64,000 bases of DNA from an uncultured Mycoplasmatota bacterium. GTDB taxonomy: Bacteria > Bacillota_I > Bacilli_A > RF39 > UBA660. Shown here one piece after another: positions 1-10,351 of this stretch (within the stretch, counting starts at the first letter, position 1; each line of letters starts with the position of its first letter). The stretch spans positions 663 to 64,662 of the forward strand of contig CASEIJ010000049.1 in assembly GCA_949288035.1 (NCBI GenBank), in the 5' to 3' direction. The position numbers and the translations under genes are program-made. The notes beneath the pieces are model-generated. The model had not been told where the DNA came from. It searched no databases and saw only the letters and a program-made list of their open reading frames with translations.

Positions 1-1974
1 TGAAGCTATTAATATTTCACTGTTTCCATCTGTTTTTTTGACAGAAATCAATTCATCTTTTTCTTTTAAGGTGATTGCAATTTTACCATTTGAACGAATG
101 TTTTCAAACTCAGTAATAGCCGTTTTTTTCACAATTCCATTTTTAGTACAGAACACAACGTATTTAGCTTCATCATGAGAAGTTACTTTTAACATTGCTT
201 TGATTTTTTCGCCTTTATCTAAAGGAAGTAGATTTATAATTGGTAATCCTTTGGATTGACGGCTAAATAATGGAATTTCATACCCTTTCATGCGATATAC
301 TTTTCCTTTGTCACTAAAGAACATTATAAAATCATGTGTTGTCATTGAAATTAAACTTTCAACAAAGTCTTCTTCGTTTGTAGACATACCTTTAATTCCT
401 ACCCCACCACGATTTTGTGTTTTGTAATTTTCACTATTCATTCTTTTAATATAGCCATTATTTGTCAATGTAACAACAATATTTTCAACAGGAATTAATG
501 ATTCATCTTCAATATAATCGATTGCAGACATATCAATATAAGTTCTTCTTTCATCTGCATACTTTTTCTTAATTTCTAACAATTCTTCTTTAATAATATT
601 CAAAATCTTTTCATTACTTTCTAAAATTGAACGAAGCTCTTGAATTAATTTTAACAATTCTGCTAATTCATTTTCAATTTTCTCTCTTTCTAAGCCAGTT
701 AAACGTCTTAATTTCATTTCAAGAATTGCATTGGCTTGAATTTCACTTAAACCAAATCTGTCCATTAATCCCTGGCGTGCGATATCATCTGATTTAGCGG
801 CTTTAATTAATTTGATAATTTCATCAATATTATCAAGTGCAATTTTTAAACCTTCTAATATATGTACTCTTTTTTCTGCTGCATTTAAATCAAATTTTGT
901 TCTTCTAATAATGACTTCCTTTTGAAAATCAATATATTTTGAAATAATATCTTTTAATCCTAATGTTTTTGGAACTCCCTGATCTAACATTAAAAATGTA
1001 ATACCATAATTTGTTTGAAATGATGTATGCTTATATAATTTATTTAAAACAACTTGCGCATTAGCATCCTTTTTTAATGTAATAGTTATTTTAATACCAT
1101 TTTTTAAATCTGAATGATAATCCGAAATTCCTTCAATTACTTTGTTATGAACTAATTCTGCTACTTTATTTTTCAATTCTGAAGTATTTACTCCGTATGG
1201 CACTTCATCAATTATGATATAATTTCGACCATTTTTTTCTTCAATATGTGCTTTACTTCGAACTGTAATTGTTCCTTTTCCAGTTTCATATGCTTTTTTA
1301 ATTCCACTATTTCCTAAGATTGTTGCTCCGGTTGGAAAATCTGGACCTTTAATATATTGCATCAATCCAGTTACATCTATATCTGGATTATCGATATATG
1401 CGACACATCCATCTATTACCTCACCTAAATTATGCGGTGGAATATTAGTAGCCATACCAACTGCAATTCCAGTAGTTCCGTTTACTAAAATATTAGGAAA
1501 ACGAGAAGGTAAAACTTTTGGTTCTTGTTCTAATTCATCAAAATTAGGAACAAAATCCACTGTATCTTTATTAATATTTCGTAATAATTCCAACGAAATC
1601 TTTGATAATCGAGATTCAGTATAACGCATTGCTGCGGCACCATATCCTTCAATATTACCAAAGTTTCCGTGTCCATCTACTAACATATAGCGATATGAGA
1701 AGTCCTGAGCCATACGAACCATTGCTTCATAAATAGAAGAATCACCGTGTGGGTGAAATTTACCCATAACATCTCCAACGATTCTAGCACTTTTTTTATG
1801 AGGTTTATCTGGTGTAATACCTGATGCATACATAGAATATAAAATACGTCTATGAACAGGTTTTAAACCATCTCTAAGGTCTGGTAAAGCACGTGATGTA
1901 ATTACACTCATAGAGTATTCTAAGAATGATTTTCGTACTTCTTCTACGATATTTTGTTCTTTTAATTGATCCAT
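1..1974 (-). CDS. gyrA: DNA gyrase subunit A (N-terminal 658 codons; 3' end runs off the window)
   Basis: Absent from the ORF track because it has no in-window stop. Minus-strand translation from ATG at 1974 reads [46 protein letters not shown]...GKFHPHGD...[11 protein letters not shown] (catalytic Tyr motif). It starts 10 nt after the gyrB stop. Confidence 0.95.
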   Translation of the reverse strand, partial: MDQLKEQNIVEEVRKSFLEYSMSVITSRALPDLRDGLKPVHRRILYSMYASGITPDKPHKKSARIVGDVMGKFHPHGDSSIYEAMVRMAQDFSYRYMLVDGHGNFGNIEGYGAAAMRYTESRLSKISLELLRNINKDTVDFVPNFDELEQEPKVLPSRFPNILVNGTTGIAVGMATNIPPHNLGEVIDGCVAYIDNPDIDVTGLMQYIKGPDFPTGATILGNSGIKKAYETGKGTITVRSKAHIEEKNGRNYIIIDEVPYGVNTSELKNKVAELVHNKVIEGISDYHSDLKNGIKITITLKKDANAQVVLNKLYKHTSFQTNYGITFLMLDQGVPKTLGLKDIISKYIDFQKEVIIRRTKFDLNAAEKRVHILEGLKIALDNIDEIIKLIKAAKSDDIARQGLMDRFGLSEIQANAILEMKLRRLTGLEREKIENELAELLKLIQELRSILESNEKILNIIKEELLEIKKKYADERRTYIDMSAIDYIEDESLIPVENIVVTLTNNGYIKRMNSENYKTQNRGGVGIKGMSTNEEDFVESLISMTTHDFIMFFSDKGKVYRMKGYEIPLFSRQSKGLPIINLLPLDKGEKIKAMLKVTSHDEAKYVVFCTKNGIVKKTAITEFENIRSNGKIAITLKEKDELISVKKTDGNSEILIAS

Positions 1975-1984
1975 TCTATCCCCC

Positions 1985-3913
1985 CTATACATCTATCATT
2001 TCTGCGAATTTTGCATTTGTTTCAATAAAATTACGGCGTGGCTCTACTTCTTCTCCCATAAGTTGAGAAAATACTTGATCTGCTCGAACCATATCATCCA
2101 CAGTGATTTGTCTTAATACACGTTTATGAATATCCATAGTCGTTTCATTTAATTCTTCAGCATCCATTTCTCCTAAACCTTTCATACGAGCAATCTCATA
2201 TTTTGTGTTTGGATTTAAACTTGCAATATATTCGTCTCTTTCGGCTTCATTTAATACATATTTAATTGTTTTACCATGCTTAATAACGAATAAAGGTGGT
2301 TGAGCTGCATAAACATGTCCGGCCTCTACAATTGGTCTAAAAAAGCGGTAAAATAGCGTTAAAAGAAGTACTCGAATATGTGATCCATCAACGTCAGCAT
2401 CGGTCATAATAATAATTTTGTCATATCTAAGTTTTGATAAATCAAACTCTTCTCCAATACCAGTACCAAAAGCAGTAATAATTGTTCTAATCTCTTCATT
2501 TCCCAAAGCACGATCTAATCTTGCTTTTTCGACATTTAAAATCTTTCCACGTAATGGAAGAATTGCCTGTGTCATACTATCTCTACCTTTAATTGCACTA
2601 CCTCCAGCAGAATCTCCCTCAACTAAGAAAATCTCACATTCACTTGCATCCTTACTCTTACAATCAGATAATTTTCCCCACGTATTAGTCATATCTAAAT
2701 CACCTTTACGGCGCGTTAATTCACGAGCACGTTTTGCAGCCACTCTAGCTTTCGCTGCAAGCATTGCTTTTTCAATAATTGCTTTCGCTTGATTTGGATT
2801 TTCAAGCAAAAATCTTTCTAATCCTTCTCCAAATATACTAGAAGCAATTTTACGAACTTCAGAATTTCCTAATTTTGTTTTTGTTTGCCCTTCAAATTGA
2901 GGATCTGGATGCTTACAAGAAACAATTAATGTTAGTCCTTCTTTCACATCTTCAGAACTTAAATTATCATCTTTTTCTTTTAATATGTTATTTTTTCTAG
3001 CATAATTATTTAAAACACGAGTTAAAGCCATTCTAACACCATCTTCATGGGTTCCACCTTCTGGCGTATGGATATTATTTACAAATGAATAAACGCTAGC
3101 AGAATATCCAGTATTATATTGTAATGCAGCTTCAATACTAATATCGTTTTCTACACCACCTATATGAATAATACTTTCATGAATTGGTGTTTTATTTTTA
3201 TTTAAAAACTTAACATATTCACTTAATCCACCTTCATAAACAAACTCTTCTCTTTTCTTCTCTGCTTCATTTCTATCATCACACAAAATAATACGAAGTC
3301 CTTTATTTAAGAAAGCGAGTTCCCTTACTCTTTCCTTTAAAATATCATAATCAAAAGACGTTGTTTCTGTAAAAATAGTCGGATCTGGTTTAAAAGTAAC
3401 CGTCGTACCAGTTCTGTCCATATCACAGTCACCAATCACTTTTAAACGATCAACTGCTTTTCCTCCATTTTCAAAGCGAATAAAGTAAATTTTTCCACCT
3501 TGATATACTTTTACTTCTACCCAACTACTTAATGCATTAACAACAGATGCTCCTACCCCATGAAGGCCGCCTGATACTTTATATCCACCGCCTCCGAACT
3601 TACCACCAGCATGTAATACTGTATAAACTGTTTCTACAGTTGAAATACCAGTTTTTGGATGGATACCTGTTGGAATACCACGTCCGTCATCTTTAACTGT
3701 GACTGATTCATCTTTATTAACAATAATTTCAATATCATCACAATATCCTGCCAACGCTTCATCTATTGCATTATCCACTATTTCCCATACCAAATGATGT
3801 AAGCCACGAGAACTTGTAGAACCAATATACATACCAGGACGTTTTCTAACTGCTTCTAACCCTTCTAACACTTGAATATCAGAAGCATTATAATGTTCAA
3901 TTTTTTCTTCCAT
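1985..3913 (-). CDS. gyrB: DNA gyrase subunit B
   Basis: 642 aa. Motifs [51 protein letters not shown] and [10 protein letters not shown] are classic GHKL/Toprim GyrB signatures. Confidence 0.97.
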   Translation of the reverse strand: MEEKIEHYNASDIQVLEGLEAVRKRPGMYIGSTSSRGLHHLVWEIVDNAIDEALAGYCDDIEIIVNKDESVTVKDDGRGIPTGIHPKTGISTVETVYTVLHAGGKFGGGGYKVSGGLHGVGASVVNALSSWVEVKVYQGGKIYFIRFENGGKAVDRLKVIGDCDMDRTGTTVTFKPDPTIFTETTSFDYDILKERVRELAFLNKGLRIILCDDRNEAEKKREEFVYEGGLSEYVKFLNKNKTPIHESIIHIGGVENDISIEAALQYNTGYSASVYSFVNNIHTPEGGTHEDGVRMALTRVLNNYARKNNILKEKDDNLSSEDVKEGLTLIVSCKHPDPQFEGQTKTKLGNSEVRKIASSIFGEGLERFLLENPNQAKAIIEKAMLAAKARVAAKRARELTRRKGDLDMTNTWGKLSDCKSKDASECEIFLVEGDSAGGSAIKGRDSMTQAILPLRGKILNVEKARLDRALGNEEIRTIITAFGTGIGEEFDLSKLRYDKIIIMTDADVDGSHIRVLLLTLFYRFFRPIVEAGHVYAAQPPLFVIKHGKTIKYVLNEAERDEYIASLNPNTKYEIARMKGLGEMDAEELNETTMDIHKRVLRQITVDDMVRADQVFSQLMGEEVEPRRNFIETNAKFAEMIDV

Positions 3914-3916
3914 AAT

Positions 3917-5029
3917 TTACACCTCATCTTTACTGATTAATTTTCCATCATGAATATGAATTAAAGATGCATTTTCAATTAATTTTGAATCTAATAATTC
4001 TAATTCAGTTGTTGTTATAATTGTTTGTGTATCATGATTAATATGTTTTAGTAAATTATTTCTTTTATGAAAATCCAATTCACTAAAAACATCATCCAAT
4101 AATAAAATCGGAGTATCTTTCTTATAATCTTGAAACAATTTGATTTCAGCTAATTTTAAGGAAAGTACAGCCATTCTTTGTTGTCCTTGAGAACCATACA
4201 ATTTTAATAAATTGCCATTTAACAGAAATTCTAACTCATCTTTATGTGGTCCAACTAAGGTAACCCCCAATCTTTTTTCCGTTTCATGATGCTTTTTTAA
4301 TTTATCTAACAATTGTGATTGGTAAGTATTTTGGCTTAATAAATCAATATTTGTATGATAATTCAAGGAAAATCCATTCAATCCTGATATATCTTTAAAT
4401 ATTTCAGGTATATATTGATTTAATTTATCAACAAATTTTTTACGCATTTTATAAATTAAACCAGCTTTATCTGTAAAATATTGATCTAAAATTGAAAGAT
4501 AACTTTCATCCACATATTCACCCTTTACATATTGTTTTAAACAATCATTTCTCATTTTCAATAATTTATTATAATCATTTAAAACATCTAAATAGGTGGT
4601 ATATAATTGTGATAATTCAAGATTCATAAATCTTCTACGTAGAGATGGGCCTCCCTTAATTAAATCTAAATCTTCTGGATAAAAAATAATAAGATTCATA
4701 TGAGAAATGTAGTCACTTATTTTTTTTATCTCATTATGATCAATTTTTAATAATTTTTTAGTTTTAGAAATTCCTAACTCTAATGTAGTAGTTTGATCTT
4801 GGAAAACAACATTCCCTTGAATATAAGCAGTAGACTCATCTTTTTGAATTAATGTATTATCAATAAAAGATCTATGAGATTTTGTCATTCCCAATACATA
4901 AATTGCTTCTAATAAATTTGTTTTTCCTTGAGCATTATTTCCATAAATAATATTCACAGAGGGTTGAAACGAAACTTGAAAGTCATCATAATTACGAAAA
5001 TGACTTACATAAATATTTTTTAAATACAT
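3917..5029 (-). CDS. recF: DNA replication/repair protein RecF
   Basis: MYLKNIYVSHFRNY..., Walker A GNNAQGKTNLLEA, and LLLDDVFSELD. The start was moved from the GTG at 5050, which lies inside the GAGGGAGG SD, to the ATG at 5029. Confidence 0.93.
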   Translation of the reverse strand: MYLKNIYVSHFRNYDDFQVSFQPSVNIIYGNNAQGKTNLLEAIYVLGMTKSHRSFIDNTLIQKDESTAYIQGNVVFQDQTTTLELGISKTKKLLKIDHNEIKKISDYISHMNLIIFYPEDLDLIKGGPSLRRRFMNLELSQLYTTYLDVLNDYNKLLKMRNDCLKQYVKGEYVDESYLSILDQYFTDKAGLIYKMRKKFVDKLNQYIPEIFKDISGLNGFSLNYHTNIDLLSQNTYQSQLLDKLKKHHETEKRLGVTLVGPHKDELEFLLNGNLLKLYGSQGQQRMAVLSLKLAEIKLFQDYKKDTPILLLDDVFSELDFHKRNNLLKHINHDTQTIITTTELELLDSKLIENASLIHIHDGKLISKDEV

Positions 5030-5160
5030 ATCCTCCCTCTTTTCCACCAAAAACGCTGTTATTTTGAGTTTACTATATAAAAGGTACTCCTATACACACT
5101 TACTATTATACCACATATAAGCGGCAAAAAATAAAAAAACAAGTAAAATTACCTGTTTTT

Positions 5161-5610
5161 TTATAATATTTTTCTTTTTCTCAAGACTGATTCTAATTTG
5201 GTAGCTCTTAATATTTGATTTTCTAGCGAACCATATGAAATATCTAATTCAACATTTTTACCACATTGAAAATATAAAATAGATTTTTCTTCATAACGAA
5301 TATGATTTTTAACATGATTTAAAGCTATCCAAGCACATTTAGGAAATCTTGGAGAAGCAGTTGGAAAAAAAATAATGGATTGCGTTTCCTCAATAATAAT
5401 TGGTGCTTTATAATTGATACCAGTTAAATGTTTGGTTCCTGCATGTCTTCCTAGATAAGAACTTCCAAATGAACGACAACTATAGTCAATAATTTGACTA
5501 GGAGTTTTATTCACTAAAAAACTATCTTGTCTCTCTAAAACTTTTGTAACATGCGTACCAACAGGTAGCAAAGCTAGTGTATTTGAATTAACTTCATATT
5601 CATTTACCAT
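5161..5610 (-). CDS. ComK-family competence transcription factor-like protein
   Basis: By eye it aligns along its whole length to B. subtilis ComK as I remember it: YEVN..T.A.LP, SCRSFGSSYLGRHAGT, KAPIII, IFFPTASPRFPKCAWI, ISYGSLENQ. The track GTG at 5619 is part of the GGAGGTGA SD, so I use the ATG at 5610. Confidence 0.75.
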   Translation of the reverse strand: MVNEYEVNSNTLALLPVGTHVTKVLERQDSFLVNKTPSQIIDYSCRSFGSSYLGRHAGTKHLTGINYKAPIIIEETQSIIFFPTASPRFPKCAWIALNHVKNHIRYEEKSILYFQCGKNVELDISYGSLENQILRATKLESVLRKRKIL

Positions 5611-5708
5611 TTTTTTCACCTCCTCTATTAATAATGTTCGACAAAAGATGTCGAATGTCCTTTACTTTATCAAAAAAAAGTGAAAAAAATGTCATTTTAT
5701 GTCAAAAC

Positions 5709-5733
5709 ACAAAAAAAAGAACATAATGTTCTT
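5709..5733 (-). terminator. Rho-independent terminator after dnaN
   Basis: Arms AAGAACA (5717-5723) and TGTTCTT (5727-5733) are followed on the minus strand by a T-run (plus-strand A-run 5709-5716). It overlaps the dnaN stop. Confidence 0.55.
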
Positions 5734-6854
5734 TAATATGTACGGATTGGTAAAATCAATTGTATTAAATTATCACTCTCAGGATTTTTAAGAATAATTG
5801 GTTTAATTTCACCATTAAATAATAGCTCTACTTCTTCACTTTCAAATGATTTCAATGCATCCATCATATATTTACTACTAAATGCGATTTTTATCTCTTG
5901 ATCATGATTTTTTTGTACATTTAATTTTTCTTCTACATTACCAATTTCTGGAATATTAGATGAGACAATAATTTCATTTCCTTTACTTTGTAATTTTATT
6001 GTATTTTTATCTGCTTCATTTGTTAATAAAGATGCACGGTCAATAGAATTAAAGAAATCTCTGTAATTAACACGCATCGTTAATTCAAATTCCGTTGGAA
6101 TTAATTTTGATGTATTTGGATATGTTCCATTAATTAATCGAGACATCATAATAATAGAACTAAATTTAAATATAACTTTATTATTAAATACATGCATCTC
6201 TAATTGTTCATCTTCATCGTTAAATAAACGAATCAATTCGTTTAAATTTTTTGTAGGGATAACAATATCTGTTGCATCTTGTAATAAACTTTGGATTTCA
6301 ACGGTTTTTTTAGCTAAACGATAAGAATCCGTTGCTGTACATTCCAAAACATTTCCTTCAAAATGAAAATTAATGCCTGTCAAAATTGGTCTTGACTCTT
6401 GTGTTGAAGTAGCAAAAGATGTTTGTATAATAATATTTTTAAATAATTTTTGAGAAATATAAACAGGTGTTTTACTATCTTCTAATTCTAAATTAGGAAA
6501 TTCTGATACATTATTACAATTTAAATGAAATGAAGAATTTTGTGTATAAATATAAAGTTTTGAATCGACAACTTCTTCTATATTAATTAATTCGTTAGGT
6601 AATTTTCTAATAATTTCGTATATATATCTACCTGAAACAACAATTTCTCCTGTTGTGTCTATATTATCAATATCATTTTTATTAATAAATGTTTTTATAG
6701 CTACTTCATTATCAGTACTCATTAAATATAATCCATCATTTGTTAATTCAAATTTAATACAATTTAATATTGGTATTAAATTTTTGTTAGAAATTCCCCT
6801 AATTACATAATTTAAATGCTCCATTAATTTGTTTTGTTTAATTGTTAATTTCAT
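5733..6854 (-). CDS. dnaN: DNA polymerase III beta sliding clamp
   Basis: 373 aa starting MKLTIKQNKL; it ends ...LILPIRTY, typical of beta clamps. It sits directly downstream of dnaA. Confidence 0.95.
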   Translation of the reverse strand: MKLTIKQNKLMEHLNYVIRGISNKNLIPILNCIKFELTNDGLYLMSTDNEVAIKTFINKNDIDNIDTTGEIVVSGRYIYEIIRKLPNELINIEEVVDSKLYIYTQNSSFHLNCNNVSEFPNLELEDSKTPVYISQKLFKNIIIQTSFATSTQESRPILTGINFHFEGNVLECTATDSYRLAKKTVEIQSLLQDATDIVIPTKNLNELIRLFNDEDEQLEMHVFNNKVIFKFSSIIMMSRLINGTYPNTSKLIPTEFELTMRVNYRDFFNSIDRASLLTNEADKNTIKLQSKGNEIIVSSNIPEIGNVEEKLNVQKNHDQEIKIAFSSKYMMDALKSFESEEVELLFNGEIKPIILKNPESDNLIQLILPIRTY

Positions 6855-6906
6855 TGTGTATACCTTCTTTCTTGTATTTATTTTATAAATGTATTTATAT
6901 TATAAA

Positions 6907-6978
6907 AGTGGATAATGTGGAAAAAACAAAATATAGATGAAAAATAATATCAAAATACCATTTACTGATTGTGGATAA
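6907..6978. other. oriC, dnaA-dnaN intergenic DnaA-box cluster with adjacent AT-rich tract
   Basis: AGTGGATAA (6907-6915, 1 mismatch), TGTGGAAAA (6916-6924, 1 mismatch) and a perfect TGTGGATAA (6970-6978), against the consensus TTATCCACA/TGTGGATAA. A very AT-rich stretch lies at 6880-6906. Confidence 0.7.
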
Positions 6979-7006
6979 AAAGTATATAAAATTCTTTTTT
7001 ACACAC

Positions 7007-8359
7007 TTATTTAATTTGAGTAATAATTTTTTGAATTTCCATCTCTAAAATGGGATTTTTTTTCATTTCATTTTTTATCTTTTCCACGGAGTGCATAACT
7101 GTTGTATGATCTTTTCCACCAAATTCAATTCCAATCTTTGGCAAAGATTCTTCTAATACAGTTCTACATATATACATTGCAATTTGGCGTGGAACTGCAA
7201 TTGATGCCATTCTTTTTTTACTCTTTAAGTCTTCCACAGTAATATTATAATTACTTGCCACAAGTTGTTGTACTTGATCAATTTTATTTTTAGCCACCAC
7301 ACTTTTAGCAAAATAGTCTTTTAGGGCTTCAATGGCTAAATCTAGTGTAATATCTGATCCATTCATCATAGTAGCATATGCCACTACCCGTGTAATAGCC
7401 CCTTCAAGTTTTCGTATATCACTTGTACAATTACTAGCAATATATTCTTTTACTTCTTTAGGAAACGCATTAGACATGACCTGCCCTTCCAATTTTTTAT
7501 CAATAATATCCATTCGCAATTTAAAATCTGGTGGGAGAATATCTATAGTAAGACCCCAGTTAAACCTTGTACGTAAACGATCTTCCAACAATTTTAAATC
7601 ATCAGGAGAACGATCAGAAGAAATAATAATTTGTTTGTTATTTCCATACAAATCATTAAATGTGTTGAAAAATTCTTGTTGAGTTTGATTTGCATTTCCT
7701 AAATATTGAATATCATCAATCATTAACACATCAATATCACGATATTTTCTTTTAAAAATATCCACACTATCAAAATTATTTCCTTCTTTATTCTTTTTAT
7801 TAATTCCTATAAAATCAGAAACAAATTTTTCACTTGTTACATATAAAACTCTTTTTTTACTATTTTTTATAATATAGTTTCCAATAGCATGCATTAAATG
7901 GGTTTTACCTAGTCCACTATTTCCATATATAAATAAAGGATTATACATAAATCCAGGTTTTTCAGCGACAGCTAGAGAGGTTGCTTTGGCAAATTTATTA
8001 CTAGAGCCGACAATAAAGTTATCAAATGTATATAGAGGATTTAAATTTGTTTCATATTCATTAATAGCCGGAACTCCTACATTGTCTGTATCAATTTCAA
8101 TATTTTTTTCGACTTCTTCTTTTGTTACATATTCAAATTGAAAATTAGTTCCTGTAATTTCTGCAAATGTTTCTTGGATTAGATCATTATAATTTTCTTT
8201 TAAATGTTTTTTATGAACATGCATTGGAACTAATACGGTTGCATGATTTTCTTTTAATTCGATTAATTCTGTTTCCATGAACCATGTTTCAAAAAGCATG
8301 GGTGATATATTTTCTTTCATTTTTTCTAGAAAAGTTTTCCACAAAGTTTTGTTATCCAT
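7007..8359 (-). CDS. dnaA: Chromosomal replication initiator DnaA
   Basis: Walker A GNSGLGKTHLMHAIGN, MIDDIQ, and a C-terminal DNA-binding domain ...FGGKDHTTVMHSVEKI. The GAGGTGA SD is placed for the ATG at 8359 (MDNKTLWKTF...) rather than 8386. Confidence 0.96.
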   Translation of the reverse strand: MDNKTLWKTFLEKMKENISPMLFETWFMETELIELKENHATVLVPMHVHKKHLKENYNDLIQETFAEITGTNFQFEYVTKEEVEKNIEIDTDNVGVPAINEYETNLNPLYTFDNFIVGSSNKFAKATSLAVAEKPGFMYNPLFIYGNSGLGKTHLMHAIGNYIIKNSKKRVLYVTSEKFVSDFIGINKKNKEGNNFDSVDIFKRKYRDIDVLMIDDIQYLGNANQTQQEFFNTFNDLYGNNKQIIISSDRSPDDLKLLEDRLRTRFNWGLTIDILPPDFKLRMDIIDKKLEGQVMSNAFPKEVKEYIASNCTSDIRKLEGAITRVVAYATMMNGSDITLDLAIEALKDYFAKSVVAKNKIDQVQQLVASNYNITVEDLKSKKRMASIAVPRQIAMYICRTVLEESLPKIGIEFGGKDHTTVMHSVEKIKNEMKKNPILEMEIQKIITQIK

Positions 8360-8443
8360 AGAAAAAATATCACCTCGTTTCATCATTAACTACCAATATT
8401 CTACATTATTTTTGTTGAAAATACTAGTGAAATCAATAAAAAA

Positions 8444-8707
8444 TGTGGAAAAAAACAAATCCACACACTTTTCCACACATCAAAGCTATATAAAACAATT
8501 AAAAATTAGAATTATCCACAAAAATGTGGATAATTATTTATGGAATAATTAACATTGTGAGAAAGTTTTCCACAATTAAGTGTAAAAAGTTGGGAAATAT
8601 TTAAAAATAAAGAAAAAAGTGTAGAAAAAAATGTGAATAAGTCGAATTATGTCGAATATTAAAAAATAAAGAATGTGGATATAAAAAGCTTAGCAAAGTT
8701 TTCCACA
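8444..8707. other. oriC, dnaA-upstream DnaA-box cluster
   Basis: Perfect boxes TTATCCACA (8512-8520) and TGTGGATAA (8525-8533) form a 22-bp palindrome. One-mismatch boxes lie at 8444-8452, 8469-8477, 8566-8574, 8632-8640, 8674-8682 and 8699-8707. An AT-rich tract follows at 8714-8800. Confidence 0.85.
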
Positions 8708-8824
8708 TTCTAGATTTTATTTTTTTAAATTTATACGAAAAAATAAGTTTTTGTTTGACAAAACAATAATATATATATATAATTGATAAAGCAAAGCGAA
8801 AAAGAAAACCAGGAGGTGTATAAA

Positions 8825-8959
8825 ATGAGAGGAAATCACGGAACTACGTTTCAACCAAATAATAGAAAAAGAAAGAAAAAACACGGTTTCTTCGCAAGAG
8901 TAAAAACAAATGTTATGACTCGTAGAAGAAAAAAAGGACGTAAAGTTTTAGCTCACTAG
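8825..8959 (+). CDS. rpmH: 50S ribosomal protein L34
   Basis: Too short for the ORF track. The ATG at 8825 follows AGGAGGTG, and the translation is [44 protein letters not shown] (44 aa). Confidence 0.93.
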   Translation: MRGNHGTTFQPNNRKRKKKHGFFARVKTNVMTRRRKKGRKVLAH

Positions 8960-8960
8960 G

Positions 8961-8989
8961 AATCACAAGAATCACTTTGTGATTTTTTT
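8961..8989 (+). terminator. Rho-independent terminator after rpmH
   Basis: Arms AATCACAA (8961-8968) and TTGTGATT (8977-8984), followed by a T-run. Confidence 0.6.
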
Positions 8990-9060
8990 CTTATGTTATT
9001 TCCCATTTATCCCTTTATTTTTTTTCGAAAATAAAGTAAAATAGATTTAATTAGTGAGTT

Positions 9061-9441
9061 TTGAAAGCTGGTGAAAAATTGAAAAAAATCAATAGCCTAA
9101 AAAAAAGCACTGATTTTGAGCGTATAATCAAACATAATCGCTCATATAAATATAGAGATTATTTTATTTATGTGGAAAGAGATACAAATGATATTTATCA
9201 TTTTGGATTGTCTGTAGGTAAGAAATTAGGAAATGCAGTTAAAAGAAATAAAGTAAAAAGACAACTTCGCTCTATATTAGATCAAATGCAGTTTATAAAT
9301 CATTTTAATTGTATTATTATTGTTAGAAAAAGTTATCTTGAAAATGATTTTTCAACCAATCGTGATAATTTAATCGCAGCAATGAAACAATTAAATTTAG
9401 TGAAAGGAACTAACAAACATGAAAAAAAAGAATTATCGTAA
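9061..9441 (+). CDS. rnpA: Ribonuclease P protein component
   Basis: LKKSTDFERI..., GLSVGKKLGNAVKRNKVKRQLR (RnpA RNR-type motif), and the position after rpmH. The start is uncertain: TTG at 9061, or TTG at 9079 preceded by GGTGA. Confidence 0.88.
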   Translation: MKAGEKLKKINSLKKSTDFERIIKHNRSYKYRDYFIYVERDTNDIYHFGLSVGKKLGNAVKRNKVKRQLRSILDQMQFINHFNCIIIVRKSYLENDFSTNRDNLIAAMKQLNLVKGTNKHEKKELS

Positions 9442-10351
9442 TTTAAAAAAAATTTTGATTATGCTGATCTTAGTTTTTTCTCTAACTGGTTGTACAACAA
9501 TCTTAAAAGATTCTGATGGAAAAGCCGTTCAAAATAAAACAACCGGTCAAAGTTTAACAAAGAATATTTTATGTCAGCCATTAGAAAAAGAAACAATTAA
9601 ATTATACAAGAAAAATAAGGTAGATGTATCTGAGCTGCCAAAGTGTGCAGAAATGAATATTGTTTCTGGAAATTATGAAGGAATATGGACTACTGTTTTT
9701 GTAAAACCATTAGCATGGGTAATTATTCAAATTGGAGAAATTTTCAAAAACTATGGATTATCTATTATTATTACAACATTGTTAATTCGTTTAATAACTA
9801 TGCCATTTACAAAAAAAGCAGCACTTCAATCAGAAAATTTAAAGAAAGCTCAACCTGAATTAGAAAAATTAGAAAGAAAATATAAAAATAAAACTGATCA
9901 AAACAGTATGCTTCAAAAGAATCAAGAAATGTTAGGAATTTATAAAAAATATGAAATAAATCCAATGAGCAGTTGTTTATTTTCAATATTGCAAGTTCCA
10001 TTATTTTTCGCCTTTTATGAAGCAATGAATCGCTTACCAGCTATTTTTGAATCTAGTTTCATAGGTTTTCAATTAGGAACTACTCCAGTTACTGGTTTAT
10101 CTCATGGTCATTATTTATACTTAATTATTGTTGTTTTAGTTATCGCAACAAGTTTCTTCTCATTTAAATTAAATAGTGGTGCAAGTATGAGTGAAGATCA
10201 AGCAAAACAAATGAAAATGATGACAAATTTTATGACAATTTTTATCGGTATTGCATCTTTAACTTTATCAACAGGTATTGCGATTTATTGGATTGTTAAT
10301 AGTGGATTTACAATTTTACAAAACTTATGGGTGAAAAGGAGAAAAGCATAA
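9419..10351 (+). CDS. yidC: Membrane protein insertase YidC/OxaA-type lipoprotein
   Basis: LTGC lipobox, multiple TM helices, the motif PLFFAFY...P, and conserved rnpA-yidC-jag synteny. Confidence 0.9.
   Translation: MKKKNYRNLKKILIMLILVFSLTGCTTILKDSDGKAVQNKTTGQSLTKNILCQPLEKETIKLYKKNKVDVSELPKCAEMNIVSGNYEGIWTTVFVKPLAWVIIQIGEIFKNYGLSIIITTLLIRLITMPFTKKAALQSENLKKAQPELEKLERKYKNKTDQNSMLQKNQEMLGIYKKYEINPMSSCLFSILQVPLFFAFYEAMNRLPAIFESSFIGFQLGTTPVTGLSHGHYLYLIIVVLVIATSFFSFKLNSGASMSEDQAKQMKMMTNFMTIFIGIASLTLSTGIAIYWIVNSGFTILQNLWVKRRKA

Noticed and set aside
2418-2792. Plus-strand 124-aa ORF inside gyrB, and similar antisense or alternate-frame ORFs
   Set aside because: The similar ORFs are 7332-7682, 9807-10025, 11033-11260, 11310-11567, 13003-13290, 15043-15507, 16224-16451, 16603-16788, 18168-18371, 18756-18992, 23213-23452, 23848-24087, 27233-27448, 29512-29790, 30912-31166, 35504-35716, 36518-36802, 38149-38340, 38365-38580, 38941-39174, 39591-39857, 42460-42675, 45002-45190, 47394-47612, 51411-51734, 52566-52803, 56460-56765 and 60892-61086. 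All are embedded in, or antisense to, ORFs with unambiguous conserved motifs. Their products are low-complexity with the codon-mirror composition typical of AT-rich genomes, and none has an SD.
5636-5656. Inverted repeat TTCGACA-n-TGTCGAA in the comK-like leader, with similar GTCGAAT direct repeats in oriC (~8641-8657)
   Set aside because: The shared 7-mers are short enough to recur by chance in AT-rich DNA. I cannot tie them to a known binding site, so I note them without calling a feature.
8277-8552. 91-aa plus-strand ORF spanning the dnaA 5' end and the upstream intergenic region
   Set aside because: It overlaps dnaA antisense and runs through the DnaA-box cluster. The sequence there is better explained as oriC.
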